64,000 bases of DNA from a virus, in the IMG/VR virus record IMGVR_UViG_3300040751_002893, positions 1 to 64,000 of that record; one strand, written 5' to 3'. This document shows, piece by piece, positions 50,020 through 57,913 of this stretch. A program made the translations under genes and the position numbers. The notes beneath the pieces were generated by a model. The model was not told where the DNA came from, searched no databases, and worked only from the letters and a program-made list of their open reading frames with translations. The first letter of the stretch is position 1. Each line of letters opens with the position of its first letter.

Positions 50020-50541
50020 TTATTTTTTTCGGCGGCCAAAAAGCGTTCTGTCTTTGGGTGCGATGAAAACGTCGTTACAAGCTACGTTATCGTGGTTGCG
50101 GTATTGCACTTCACCGAAGAGCGCGCGATAGTGACGTAGATAGTGCTCATTCACCTTGACCGAATAGGTAGACACCCACTGCCAGTTCCTAGTAGCGTAG
50201 GACTTGAATAGGCCACGAAGAGCCATGCGGAGGTCATGGCGGATACGAGAAAACTTGTCACCCGCTGCGGCCATGGTCTCCTTACGGGGCACGTAGGTAG
50301 GGTCGACGAGGAGAATGGAGGTCATAAGCCGACTTTCGATGGTCTCCCAATACTCGTCACAGGCAGCGTAGACGGTATCTAGGTCGGACTGTGCGTAGAC
50401 TTTGTGCCTCAAACCTACATTTTGCCACACTTGATATGCGGTCATCTTGTGGAGGTTGCCGCTGTGCGCTGATACTGTGTGCGTGTGCTTGATGTATTGA
50501 ACGGACTTGAGAGGGATAAAGAGAGGATTGATTGTTTTCAT
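50020..50541 (-). CDS. Hypothetical early-region protein
   Basis: 173 aa ORF, higher GC than neighbours. Confidence 0.55.
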   Translation of the reverse strand: MKTINPLFIPLKSVQYIKHTHTVSAHSGNLHKMTAYQVWQNVGLRHKVYAQSDLDTVYAACDEYWETIESRLMTSILLVDPTYVPRKETMAAAGDKFSRIRHDLRMALRGLFKSYATRNWQWVSTYSVKVNEHYLRHYRALFGEVQYRNHDNVACNDVFIAPKDRTLFGRRKK

Positions 50542-50594
50542 AGGTAGATCCTAGGTTATGGAGTAAGTAAGTGAAAAGGTAGGTTGGAAGCGGC

Positions 50595-50963
50595 TTATTG
50601 ATCGAGATCGAAACCATCTTCCATGAGGTCAGCAAGAACATCTTCTGGGCAATCTTCAAAAAGCTCCTTTGTACTTGCCTTTTTGCTCTTGCGCTTTTTA
50701 GACTTAGAAGCTGGTTTATCGTAGGTTCCATCATCAATCTGGCGCATAGCGATTTCCATATTGAGTTCTTCGATACCCTCAGCAAGGTCGTTGTATCGCT
50801 GGTTGCTCGCATTGATACGTTCTACCTGTGTTTTCGAAAGACCGTTAAAGTCAGCGATCGTCCAGTCAGTGCGCATACGACGCGCATTGAACGGATCATT
50901 GTCATGAGGACAAACTTTGTCCAGTTGGAGGTGGCAAGAACAAGAAAAGTAACGAATAGACAT
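50595..50963 (-). CDS. Hypothetical protein with N-terminal CxC...CxH (SWIM-like) motif
   Basis: SCSCHLQLDKVCPH; AGGAG RBS. Confidence 0.6.
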   Translation of the reverse strand: MSIRYFSCSCHLQLDKVCPHDNDPFNARRMRTDWTIADFNGLSKTQVERINASNQRYNDLAEGIEELNMEIAMRQIDDGTYDKPASKSKKRKSKKASTKELFEDCPEDVLADLMEDGFDLDQ

Positions 50964-51047
50964 ATTGTCTCCTATAGTGAATGTTACAGTATATAAACAG
51001 AAAAAAAGTGAAAAAAGGACAGGTTTTTGGTGAGAGTCTCGGACAGT

Positions 51048-51461
51048 TTATGACCGCACATTTTTTGGTCTCTCCATCTCAAAAGTCAGTTTGTCCATAA
51101 CTGAAACAAGGTGGATTTGAGCGGTTGCAAGGTTCGCACAAGGGATACGAACCCATTGGGTTTTGTCGACGTCTACATCGATTTCCCAACCTTCGATAAT
51201 GTAGTTACAACCTGTGTCTTTGATACGACCCCATACACGAGTGTGCTTTGAAGCACCGTTAGAGCGCATTGTGTTCACCCAAACGCTGTGAGAAGGGCCA
51301 AAGCCGCGTGATTTGGTGATAGATGGGGTTGTAAGTGCGTTATTGGACATAGTGTCTCCTGTGTTGTTAGAAAGTGAGTTAGAAAGTGTATTTTGAGCCA
51401 TGTGGCCTCCAGTGTTGTTAGAGAGGTGGTTATTGAAAAGTACGAAGTGATCAAGTCTCAT
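51048..51461 (-). CDS. Hypothetical protein with three in-frame RBS+ATG starts
   Basis: ATGs at 51461, 51401, 51350, each preceded by GGAG. Confidence 0.6.
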   Translation of the reverse strand: MRLDHFVLFNNHLSNNTGGHMAQNTLSNSLSNNTGDTMSNNALTTPSITKSRGFGPSHSVWVNTMRSNGASKHTRVWGRIKDTGCNYIIEGWEIDVDVDKTQWVRIPCANLATAQIHLVSVMDKLTFEMERPKNVRS

Positions 51462-51672
51462 GTGATCTCCTGAAAAGGTAGGTTAAAGGTGGGTTTATTC
51501 AAAAAGAGAAAGGAAATAGAAGAGGCCGATTGAGCCGATAAAAGCAAGGAAAAAAGAAGTGATAGCAATAAGCATTTTTTGTCTCCGGGTTGTTTTGATT
51601 ATACTATAATATAACATGGTGAAAAGGGTCAAGTCAAGGTCTCGGACAGTTTGTGACCGGACAGTTTGTGTC

Positions 51673-51873
51673 CTACCATACGAGCCAGTCATATTGGCGA
51701 ACAAGCTCTTCAGTTTGGCACTGATCCAAATCATAGGATAAAACTACGTTTTCAAGGGATTGAGCGAACTCTGGTTCTGCGCTTTCTTCAAGCTCGGAAA
51801 CCAAGGTTTCAAGTGCTTTTTCGATGAGATCCCACTCTTCGGTGGTGAAATAGTTGTTTATGTTCTGAAGCAT
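51673..51873 (-). CDS. Small acidic hypothetical protein
   Basis: GAGG RBS; promoter with TTGACA at 51951-51956. Confidence 0.55.
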   Translation of the reverse strand: MLQNINNYFTTEEWDLIEKALETLVSELEESAEPEFAQSLENVVLSYDLDQCQTEELVRQYDWLVW

Positions 51874-52013
51874 AAATCCTCTGGGAAAGAAAAAAAAATT
51901 TTGAGTGTCGAACCATCCGACATCTATAATATGACCTGTTGGGAGGCTTTTGTCAATATGGGCGGACAACTTTTGACCGGACACTTTTTGTCCGGGCTCC
52001 GGAGCCTTTAATT

Positions 52014-52145
52014 TGAGTTATGAAAAGTTTTTTTGGCACGCTTTTTGCAATAGAATCATTTTGAGTTATGACAAATAAAATTGGCACGGATCTTGCAAGG
52101 GATATATTTTGAGTTATGAAAAGTTTTTTTGGCACACTTCTTGCA
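52014..52145 (+). promoter_or_regulatory. Tandem array of three 48-bp units, each TGAGTTATG-N11-sigma54 (-24/-12) site
   Basis: TGGCACG-CTTT-TTGCA (52034), TGGCACG-GATC-TTGCA (52082), TGGCACA-CTTC-TTGCA (52130). Confidence 0.85.
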
Positions 52146-52156
52146 AGGCCGATTTT

Positions 52157-52175
52157 GAGAATGAGAATCAATATC
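52157..52175. promoter_or_regulatory. Fur-box-like sequence
   Basis: GAGAATGAGAATCAATATC, 16/19 match to GATAATGATAATCATTATC. Confidence 0.55.
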
Positions 52176-52262
52176 AATAGGATCTCCGGACAAAAAATGA
52201 CCGCAAGGAGTTTTATCTCCCTACGGGAGCGACCTTTATTCAAGGCGCACGCAAGGCCGTTT

Positions 52263-52640
52263 TTAGAGCATGCGACGCATGGTCATTTCGACACTCTCAA
52301 AGCCTTTGAGCTTGAATGTGGTGTAGGTTGGATCATGCTGGATGATGGTGTAACCATCTTGATCTGTGAAGATTGCAAAGTCATCCTCCGCGCTCAAGTG
52401 TGCCTCATTCTGTGCTACCTGTTGCTCACGTGTGAGGTTATTGTATTCCATACACAAGGCCATGAGCCGCTGGTGCTGGAAGTCGCTCACTGGGAGAGCC
52501 ATATACACCTTTACGAAGTGCGCATTGGAGATAATGTTCTTATGGCCAATGAGAGAAGAGTCGAGAGTATAGAGAAAATCAGTAGTTGGGAGAGTAGAGT
52601 ATTTCATAGTAGTCTCGTTGTTAGTGTTAGATGTAGTCAT
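52263..52640 (-). CDS. Hypothetical protein
   Basis: Start corrected to MTTSNT (alternative MKYSTL); ORF-track extension overlaps another gene. Confidence 0.55.
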   Translation of the reverse strand: MTTSNTNNETTMKYSTLPTTDFLYTLDSSLIGHKNIISNAHFVKVYMALPVSDFQHQRLMALCMEYNNLTREQQVAQNEAHLSAEDDFAIFTDQDGYTIIQHDPTYTTFKLKGFESVEMTMRRML

Positions 52641-52710
52641 GTGTATATCCTGTGGAGGGGTGTAGGGTAGGGGGGTAGTAGTGTAGTATGTAGGGTGGTA
52701 GGCTAGTGGG

Positions 52711-53136
52711 CTACTTGTCGCTGGGGTGATCCATACGACCTGTGCTTGCATAGCCCCAGTTGTATCCGGTGTTTCCATCCGGTGCATAGCCATGCTCTCG
52801 GATACGCTTGTTGTCGGTGATCTCAATGCTTCGCACAATGAGGTTCCCATAGGGATCTTTTGCATAGCCTGTATTGAACTGCGCCATGAGCATGTTGAAC
52901 TGGGCTGGGGTAAGCTCAATCTCTACGGAGGAAGCGTTCTTAAGGCAGATGGTGAGTGTGAGGTCACTCTTCTGAGAACGCATTACATTGATGTTGTACT
53001 CCATGAGTACGGTATCGACTTGCTCTTGGGTGAGGCCATAAGTCTCTTGGACTTCTTCGATAGCGTTGGTTGCAAAGTCACCTCGGTTGATGAGCTTGGT
53101 GAGGAGGTTGAGAGAGTTAAAAATGATTGTGGACAT
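52711..53136 (-). CDS. Hypothetical protein
   Basis: GGAG RBS before MSTIIF; boxed promoter at 53253-53280. Confidence 0.65.
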   Translation of the reverse strand: MSTIIFNSLNLLTKLINRGDFATNAIEEVQETYGLTQEQVDTVLMEYNINVMRSQKSDLTLTICLKNASSVEIELTPAQFNMLMAQFNTGYAKDPYGNLIVRSIEITDNKRIREHGYAPDGNTGYNWGYASTGRMDHPSDK

Positions 53137-53282
53137 AGTGTCTCCGAATAAAGGTTTTAGGGGGTTTGGACTTCGGAATGATTCAGCAGTCTTGAAACTC
53201 ATTATCTCATTCGTTTTCGTCATATATATAATATAAGCTGTTTTGTTGGTCTTGTCAAATGTGGTGGACAGTTTTTGTCCTA

Positions 53283-53594
53283 CTAGTGTTCTAAGGGGAA
53301 TCTGTGGAGGTTTTGATACATGGTTCGGATCTCTCGTATCTGAGCTTTGTCAAGGCCATAGTAGTAAGCCTGAGTCAAGAGAGAACCATAGAAAGTATCG
53401 TCACCATAGTGAAGATCTTCTACAATGTTGTCAAAAGCTTCGATTGTAGCAGTCTCATAGAGGTCTTGCATACACTCCTTGTTGAAACAGTGCATACAAA
53501 CTACCTTATCGTCATTGTTTCGGAAGTGTCCAATGTCATCCTCCGGAATGAAGGTAGAGCAATCTGAGCAGTGAATGAAAATATTGTGAGCCAT
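53283..53594 (-). CDS. Zinc-finger-like hypothetical protein
   Basis: CSDC...CMHC; GGAGG RBS; boxed promoter upstream. Confidence 0.65.
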   Translation of the reverse strand: MAHNIFIHCSDCSTFIPEDDIGHFRNNDDKVVCMHCFNKECMQDLYETATIEAFDNIVEDLHYGDDTFYGSLLTQAYYYGLDKAQIREIRTMYQNLHRFPLEH

Positions 53595-53734
53595 GAGGCC
53601 TCCAAAAGAATGTTGTTGTCGGTCGTTGCCGATACTTATAGCTTATAGCATTGGAACGATTTTGTCAAATGTGGTGGTCAAAATATGTCCGGTCTGGCTC
53701 TGAGCGTAGCTCAAACGGAGGTTGGGGTCGGATT

Positions 53735-54096
53735 TGAGTTATGTATATTTTTTTTGGCACACTTCTTGCAAACACGAAAAAAGTCTTGACACGTTTTTAT
53801 CTCGCTCTGGGAGCAACCTAAACTCACGCTATCTGTATGGCCGTTTTTGGAGCTTTGAAAAGTCTTGACGCAAAGCTCATTTGAGTTATGGTAAGAAGTT
53901 TTGGCACACCTTTTGCAAGGGATCAAAATGAGAATGAGAATCAAAATCAAAAAGGATTGGGCGCATACGCAAAAAAGCTCTTAAAAAGAGCTTGGAAAAA
54001 ATAGGCGATAATCGGAAAGTTTACGGAGTAAAAGGCGTTTTACATGTGGGAGCACTAGTTAGGTATAGGTGCGTGTGTTTTGGCATGGTTCTTGCT
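53735..54096 (+). promoter_or_regulatory. Second non-coding block with three sigma54 sites and a Fur-like box
   Basis: TGGCACA-CTTC-TTGCA (53755) and TGGCACA-CCTT-TTGCA (53902), both 20 bp after the start of TGAGTTATG; TGGCATG-GTTC-TTGCT (54081); GAGAATGAGAATCAAAATC (53930-53948). Confidence 0.8.
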
Positions 54097-54197
54097 CTGA
54101 TACGTCCACATATAAGGCACATTTTCAATACATCCATAACGCACATCCAACAAACATTTTCATAAAGTTTATTTCCTCCACCTTCTAGCCCATTCGT

Positions 54198-54422
54198 TTA
54201 CTTGCGTTTGGGCTTTTTTGCACATAGCTTTCCACACGCTCTAGCGGGCTTGGGATTGGCTAGCTGACTATGCACAAGCTGACGTTCTCTCATATCCATG
54301 AGGACACCAACAAGCTCAAGAGCTTCCAATAGCGTCATATCGCCTACGGCTTTATCAAGTCCGTTATCAATGATTGTGAGGGTTCTATCTATCAATGTGT
54401 CTAGTGTGTTCTGTGTATTCAT
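54198..54422 (-). CDS. Hypothetical protein
   Basis: AAGGA RBS. Confidence 0.55.
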   Translation of the reverse strand: MNTQNTLDTLIDRTLTIIDNGLDKAVGDMTLLEALELVGVLMDMRERQLVHSQLANPKPARACGKLCAKKPKRK

Positions 54423-54445
54423 AGGAAGTTCCTTGGTTTTCGGTT

Positions 54446-54475
54446 GGGGGTAGGGTAGTAGGGTAGTAGGTTAGG
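54446..54475 (+). repeat. G-rich intercistronic repeat, copy 1
   Basis: GGGGGTAGGGTAGTAGGGTAGTAGGTTAGG, identical to 57884-57913. Confidence 0.8.
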
Positions 54476-54485
54476 GGATAGGATA

Positions 54486-54674
54486 CTAGCATGTGAAGTC
54501 AATCAGTTCCATGTCAAGATCAAACTCGTTCTGATAGTGATCGAACATATCTTGGTCTATTACTTCGTAACACTCATCTTCCTTGTTATGGATAAAGAAA
54601 GCAACGTAGTTGTAAGATACAGTGTCAAAGTAAAGAGCAGCGTTCTTATAAAAAGAGAAAGTTTTATTTTTCAT
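54486..54674 (-). CDS. Small acidic hypothetical protein
   Basis: GGAG RBS. Confidence 0.6.
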   Translation of the reverse strand: MKNKTFSFYKNAALYFDTVSYNYVAFFIHNKEDECYEVIDQDMFDHYQNEFDLDMELIDFTC

Positions 54675-54761
54675 GTGTTCTCCGATTGTTCAGTTTGATG
54701 GTGAGATATGAGAAGGTGATAGATACGGTTAGTTGTATGAGGGTTAGCGTCAATAGAGGGT

Positions 54762-55049
54762 TCATTTCAGCACCTGCTTGCAGATTAGAGGGATAGCGTA
54801 TTCTTCATACGCATGTAGCATTTCTTGGAGGTTGCGATACGCTTGTCTCTTGCGTTGGATCTCTACAAGATCATTCACATAAGAACCATCGGGATTCTTT
54901 TGGTCTTGTAGCTCGTCAATCTCAATGTATAGGCAGTTCAAGTCTTTGTATAACTTTGAGAGGGTAGCTACTTCTGCGAAGTATTCGTATCGGGTGTCCA
55001 TAGTTCCGTTTCGGTATGCTTGTAGTGCAAGGTCAAGATAGTTTGTCAT
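54762..55049 (-). CDS. Hypothetical protein
   Basis: GGAG RBS; boxed promoter at 55100-55127. Confidence 0.65.
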   Translation of the reverse strand: MTNYLDLALQAYRNGTMDTRYEYFAEVATLSKLYKDLNCLYIEIDELQDQKNPDGSYVNDLVEIQRKRQAYRNLQEMLHAYEEYAIPLICKQVLK

Positions 55050-55128
55050 GTTGTCTCCAGTTGTTCGGTACATCTATAATATAATCGGTTCTCAGCTATT
55101 GTCAAGTGTGGTGGACAAAATGTGTCCG

Positions 55129-55509
55129 TTAGTCCAGTTCCAGTTCGCATTGGTCATTGAGTTCATCACGTACAGTCTCGTAACACTCATGGATGACTTC
55201 CCATCCTTGGACATAAACCCACATGTTGCAGACAGCCTCTGGAGAGGATAGGTCTGTGTGGACTTCTCCGAAGTTGTGTTGCTCATACTCTTGAACGTCA
55301 CCGATCATATCGAAAGCAGAATCGCCCATCCATTGCTTAGCTTGGTAGTGACCAATGATGTAATAGTCTCGGTTAAAGATTTGGTCATGCAAGTCTGAAA
55401 CATAAGCGTCTCGGAAGTCTTGGTTGTCCATGTATTCTGCGATCTCACGAAGTCGGTCAAGGCAAAAGTCTTTGATTTCTTTTTGGTTTTGTTGGTAAGT
55501 GAATGACAT
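55129..55509 (-). CDS. Acidic Ocr-like (DNA-mimic / antirestriction) candidate
   Basis: DLHDQIFNRDYYIIG.YQAKQW...EYE..NFGEV.TDLS.PE; D/E-rich; own boxed promoter. Confidence 0.5.
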   Translation of the reverse strand: MSFTYQQNQKEIKDFCLDRLREIAEYMDNQDFRDAYVSDLHDQIFNRDYYIIGHYQAKQWMGDSAFDMIGDVQEYEQHNFGEVHTDLSSPEAVCNMWVYVQGWEVIHECYETVRDELNDQCELELD

Positions 55510-55584
55510 ATTGTCTCCGTTGGTTGGGTTATATTAGTAATGTATCTGATTGGGGTGGAAAAGTCAAGGACAGAAAATGTCCGT

Positions 55585-55746
55585 TTACACTGGTGTGGCT
55601 CTGAAGTCTTTTGCATTGCGTGGTGCTTTCTTGCGTGCCTTGCTGATAGCATCCTGTTTGGATGTGGCTTGCACTCGGATGAATCCGTACTGCGCTCCAA
55701 AGTTTGCGCCTGTTGTATTGTATGTGTAGTCTACGAAATAAGTCAT
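55585..55746 (-). CDS. Small hypothetical protein
   Basis: GGAG RBS; V.A.SK.DAI.KAR motif. Confidence 0.55.
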   Translation of the reverse strand: MTYFVDYTYNTTGANFGAQYGFIRVQATSKQDAISKARKKAPRNAKDFRATPV

Positions 55747-55760
55747 GTTGTTCTCCGTTG

Positions 55761-56012
55761 TTAGCATGAATATGGTTGGTTGTTGTCTTGTTGTTTTCGT
55801 GGTGTGCAGTGACCGTTCTCTATAAGAGCGTCTGCTGTTCTATGGAACCATCCTTGTAGCTGATAGGCCATCCCAGTGTCGATAAGCACTTGCCAAGCTT
55901 GGATGTATTGCTCTTGGCTCTCGGCTTGATAGACACCCTCAGCGATCATGATTGCATCAAAGGTGGGCATTTCTTCTTCAAAGGGTAGTTCAAGTTGTAT
56001 CATTTTAGACAT
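55761..56012 (-). CDS. Conserved small phage protein
   Basis: AWQ.LIDTG.AYQLQGWF.RTA..LIE.G.C motif. Confidence 0.7.
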   Translation of the reverse strand: MSKMIQLELPFEEEMPTFDAIMIAEGVYQAESQEQYIQAWQVLIDTGMAYQLQGWFHRTADALIENGHCTPRKQQDNNQPYSC

Positions 56013-56033
56013 ATTGTCTCCGTTGTTTGGGTT

Positions 56034-56204
56034 CTAGTTATTTGGTTTGAGTTGTACCATATCGGCTTTAACAAAAGGTTTCCATCTGGTCGAATAACCT
56101 GCTACATTTGCTGTTCTTTTAGAACGTTTGTACCATCTGACACCTTCAAAATAGAAGTATGATCGTACTGGGATTTGACTGAATGAAATATGTTTGTTGG
56201 TCAT
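56034..56204 (-). CDS. 56-aa basic protein (below ORF cutoff)
   Basis: Read by hand: MTNKHISFSQIPV...; GGAG RBS and boxed promoter. Confidence 0.6.
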   Translation of the reverse strand: MTNKHISFSQIPVRSYFYFEGVRWYKRSKRTANVAGYSTRWKPFVKADMVQLKPNN

Positions 56205-56257
56205 AGTGACTCCGTTGGTTGGTGATGTTTATAATGTATCTCGTTTGGTTGGAAAAG

Positions 56258-56464
56258 TCAAGGACACTTTTTGTCCTTTTCTATAAAGTCCACAAGGTCA
56301 ACGTCAACCTTGACAATGCGTGAACCTGTTTCGCAGTTAGGGAAATGCACAGTCAGTTCTGTGCTAGGGTAAAGCCACCCTGTGGATCTATAGTCCGTAA
56401 CTACGCCTATTCCAAAGAACTTGTGCTGTTTTGTTTTTTTACGCTTTACTAGTTTACCAATCAT
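56258..56464 (-). CDS. Small SH3/KOW-like protein (MIGKLV...)
   Basis: GGAG RBS, boxed promoter. Confidence 0.6.
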   Translation of the reverse strand: MIGKLVKRKKTKQHKFFGIGVVTDYRSTGWLYPSTELTVHFPNCETGSRIVKVDVDLVDFIEKDKKCP

Positions 56465-56516
56465 TTTAACTCCGTTGTTGGTTGGTGATGTTTATAATGT
56501 ATCTCGTTTGGTTGGT

Positions 56517-56672
56517 TTAGTCAAGGACATTTTTTGACCGTTTGTCTATTTTCCCTCTGCAAGCCATCTTGTTGGCCTGTTTTTTCTTGTCTCCATGAGA
56601 TCCTGAGCCTGAGCCTTGACGTTTGATATGCTCAAGATGTGTGAGATTGCGAGGTTGTAACTTCTTTTTCAT
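56517..56672 (-). CDS. 51-aa basic peptide
   Basis: Read by hand: MKKKLQPRN...GSGSHGDKKKQANKMACRGK. Confidence 0.5.
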   Translation of the reverse strand: MKKKLQPRNLTHLEHIKRQGSGSGSHGDKKKQANKMACRGKIDKRSKNVLD

Positions 56673-56680
56673 GGTTCTTC

Positions 56681-56860
56681 CTAGTTTAAGTCGGTTGGAT
56701 CAAAACAAGCTTTGATAAGCTCCATGAGAGCCTGTTCTGCTATCTCTCGGAGTTGTGGTGGGGTTCCATCTATATTCAAGGCTTGCAAAGCAAGATTGAT
56801 GGATACAAAGGTTTCGTGGTCTTTTCCATCAAAGATGGAGGATAAAGGCATTTTGTTCAT
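56681..56860 (-). CDS. 59-aa hypothetical protein
   Basis: Read by hand; AGGAG RBS. Confidence 0.55.
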   Translation of the reverse strand: MNKMPLSSIFDGKDHETFVSINLALQALNIDGTPPQLREIAEQALMELIKACFDPTDLN

Positions 56861-56869
56861 GGTTGTCTC

Positions 56870-57127
56870 CTATTGAAGAGGTTCTATTGTGTTGCTTATG
56901 TCGTTTAGGGTGTCGATAGACAAACCAGTAACGAATTCATATTCAGTACAGGTTCGGTAGCCACCCATACCGTTTGGGGTTTGTCTTGTGGTATGGGAAA
57001 GATAGACTACTGGCTTGCCATTTACGAGGATTAGATCGCCTTTCGTAAGGCTTTCAGCCCACATGTTCTTACCATGGTTTGGATAGTGTTTGTGGAAGTT
57101 CTTTGCGAAGTTAAGCATGGTTCTCAT
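56870..57127 (-). CDS. Hypothetical protein
   Basis: GGAG RBS, boxed promoter 57158-57207. Confidence 0.65.
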   Translation of the reverse strand: MRTMLNFAKNFHKHYPNHGKNMWAESLTKGDLILVNGKPVVYLSHTTRQTPNGMGGYRTCTEYEFVTGLSIDTLNDISNTIEPLQ

Positions 57128-57251
57128 TTTGTCTCCGTTTCAGTTGGTGATGTTAGTAATGTAACCCATTGAGAAAAAAAGTCAAATCGGGAGGACAGAA
57201 TATGTCCGGCAAGGGTTCGTTCCCTTTAGGGAACGGATTGAGGAACTGGTT

Positions 57252-57287
57252 TGAGTTACGTAAACTTTTTTTGGCATAGATATTGCA
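57252..57287 (+). promoter_or_regulatory. Single TGAGTTACG-N11-sigma54 site module
   Basis: TGGCATA-GATA-TTGCA at 57272-57287. Confidence 0.7.
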
Positions 57288-57329
57288 AGGGGTGTCTCTA
57301 CTCTGAAACTGCCCCTCGCGCTATCTCAT

Positions 57330-57578
57330 TCACCGTTTGACTTTGATATGGTAGCTTGAACCTCGTTTATTGACATAGAGTGTCTCAATACCGTCCACAT
57401 GCTCGTCACGTGCGATCGCATCAAGTAGGTGTTGCACGTCAAACTGTGTAACAGTTTCCTCGCTTATGACGTTCGCTACGAAGTCATGAAGATCTCCATC
57501 CCAATCACCCCAAAGGTTCTCTATGAAGTCAAGAGCCTCTTTCACTGCCTTGATGGTGACTGTTGTTTTATCCTTCAT
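57330..57578 (-). CDS. Hypothetical protein
   Basis: GGAGG RBS before MKDKTT. Confidence 0.6.
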   Translation of the reverse strand: MKDKTTVTIKAVKEALDFIENLWGDWDGDLHDFVANVISEETVTQFDVQHLLDAIARDEHVDGIETLYVNKRGSSYHIKVKR

Positions 57579-57698
57579 TTTTGCCTCCGTAGTGAAAGGT
57601 GTCGTACTTGGTTGTGCGCTTGATCTCCTTTGGAGACAGGACACGCACTTGTGTTCCCTTACGTGTGGTGATAATCACCTTGTCCATTGTGTATTTAC

Positions 57699-57869
57699 TC
57701 ATGTATCCTCCTGTGGTTGTGTGAGTTGTGTGTAGTAGAAGCGCAGACTGCTCTCGCTTATGTGAGCAAAGCAATCGGGAGCGTCAATGTATCTGAGTGT
57801 GTAGAATCCATCTTTGACCGCAGTGCATACGCATATGCCGCTCTCGCTCTTCCATAGTGTGCCGACCAT
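57699..57869 (-). CDS. Small beta-barrel-like protein (MVGTLWK...)
   Basis: Read by hand; AGGAG RBS. Confidence 0.55.
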   Translation of the reverse strand: MVGTLWKSESGICVCTAVKDGFYTLRYIDAPDCFAHISESSLRFYYTQLTQPQEDT

Positions 57870-57883
57870 AGTTTCTCCTTGGT

Positions 57884-57913
57884 GGGGGTAGGGTAGTAGG
57901 GTAGTAGGTTAGG
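57884..57913 (+). repeat. G-rich intercistronic repeat, copy 2
   Basis: Identical 30-mer to 54446-54475. Confidence 0.8.

Noticed and set aside
52014-52145. 48-bp tandem repeat as a mini-CRISPR array
   Set aside because: No unique 25-40 nt spacers; variable parts are only about 4-12 nt and conserved parts match -24/-12 elements; no cas operon.
51953-52243. ORFs 51953..52243(-), 52116..52670(+) and 53711..53950(-)
   Set aside because: Translations of the DNA motif blocks (ILILIL, repeated ARSVP); no convincing RBS; the + ORF is antisense to a better gene.
53140-53225. Possible tRNA or ncRNA in long leader
   Set aside because: No cloverleaf or T-loop consensus visible; no tRNA found by eye anywhere in the window.
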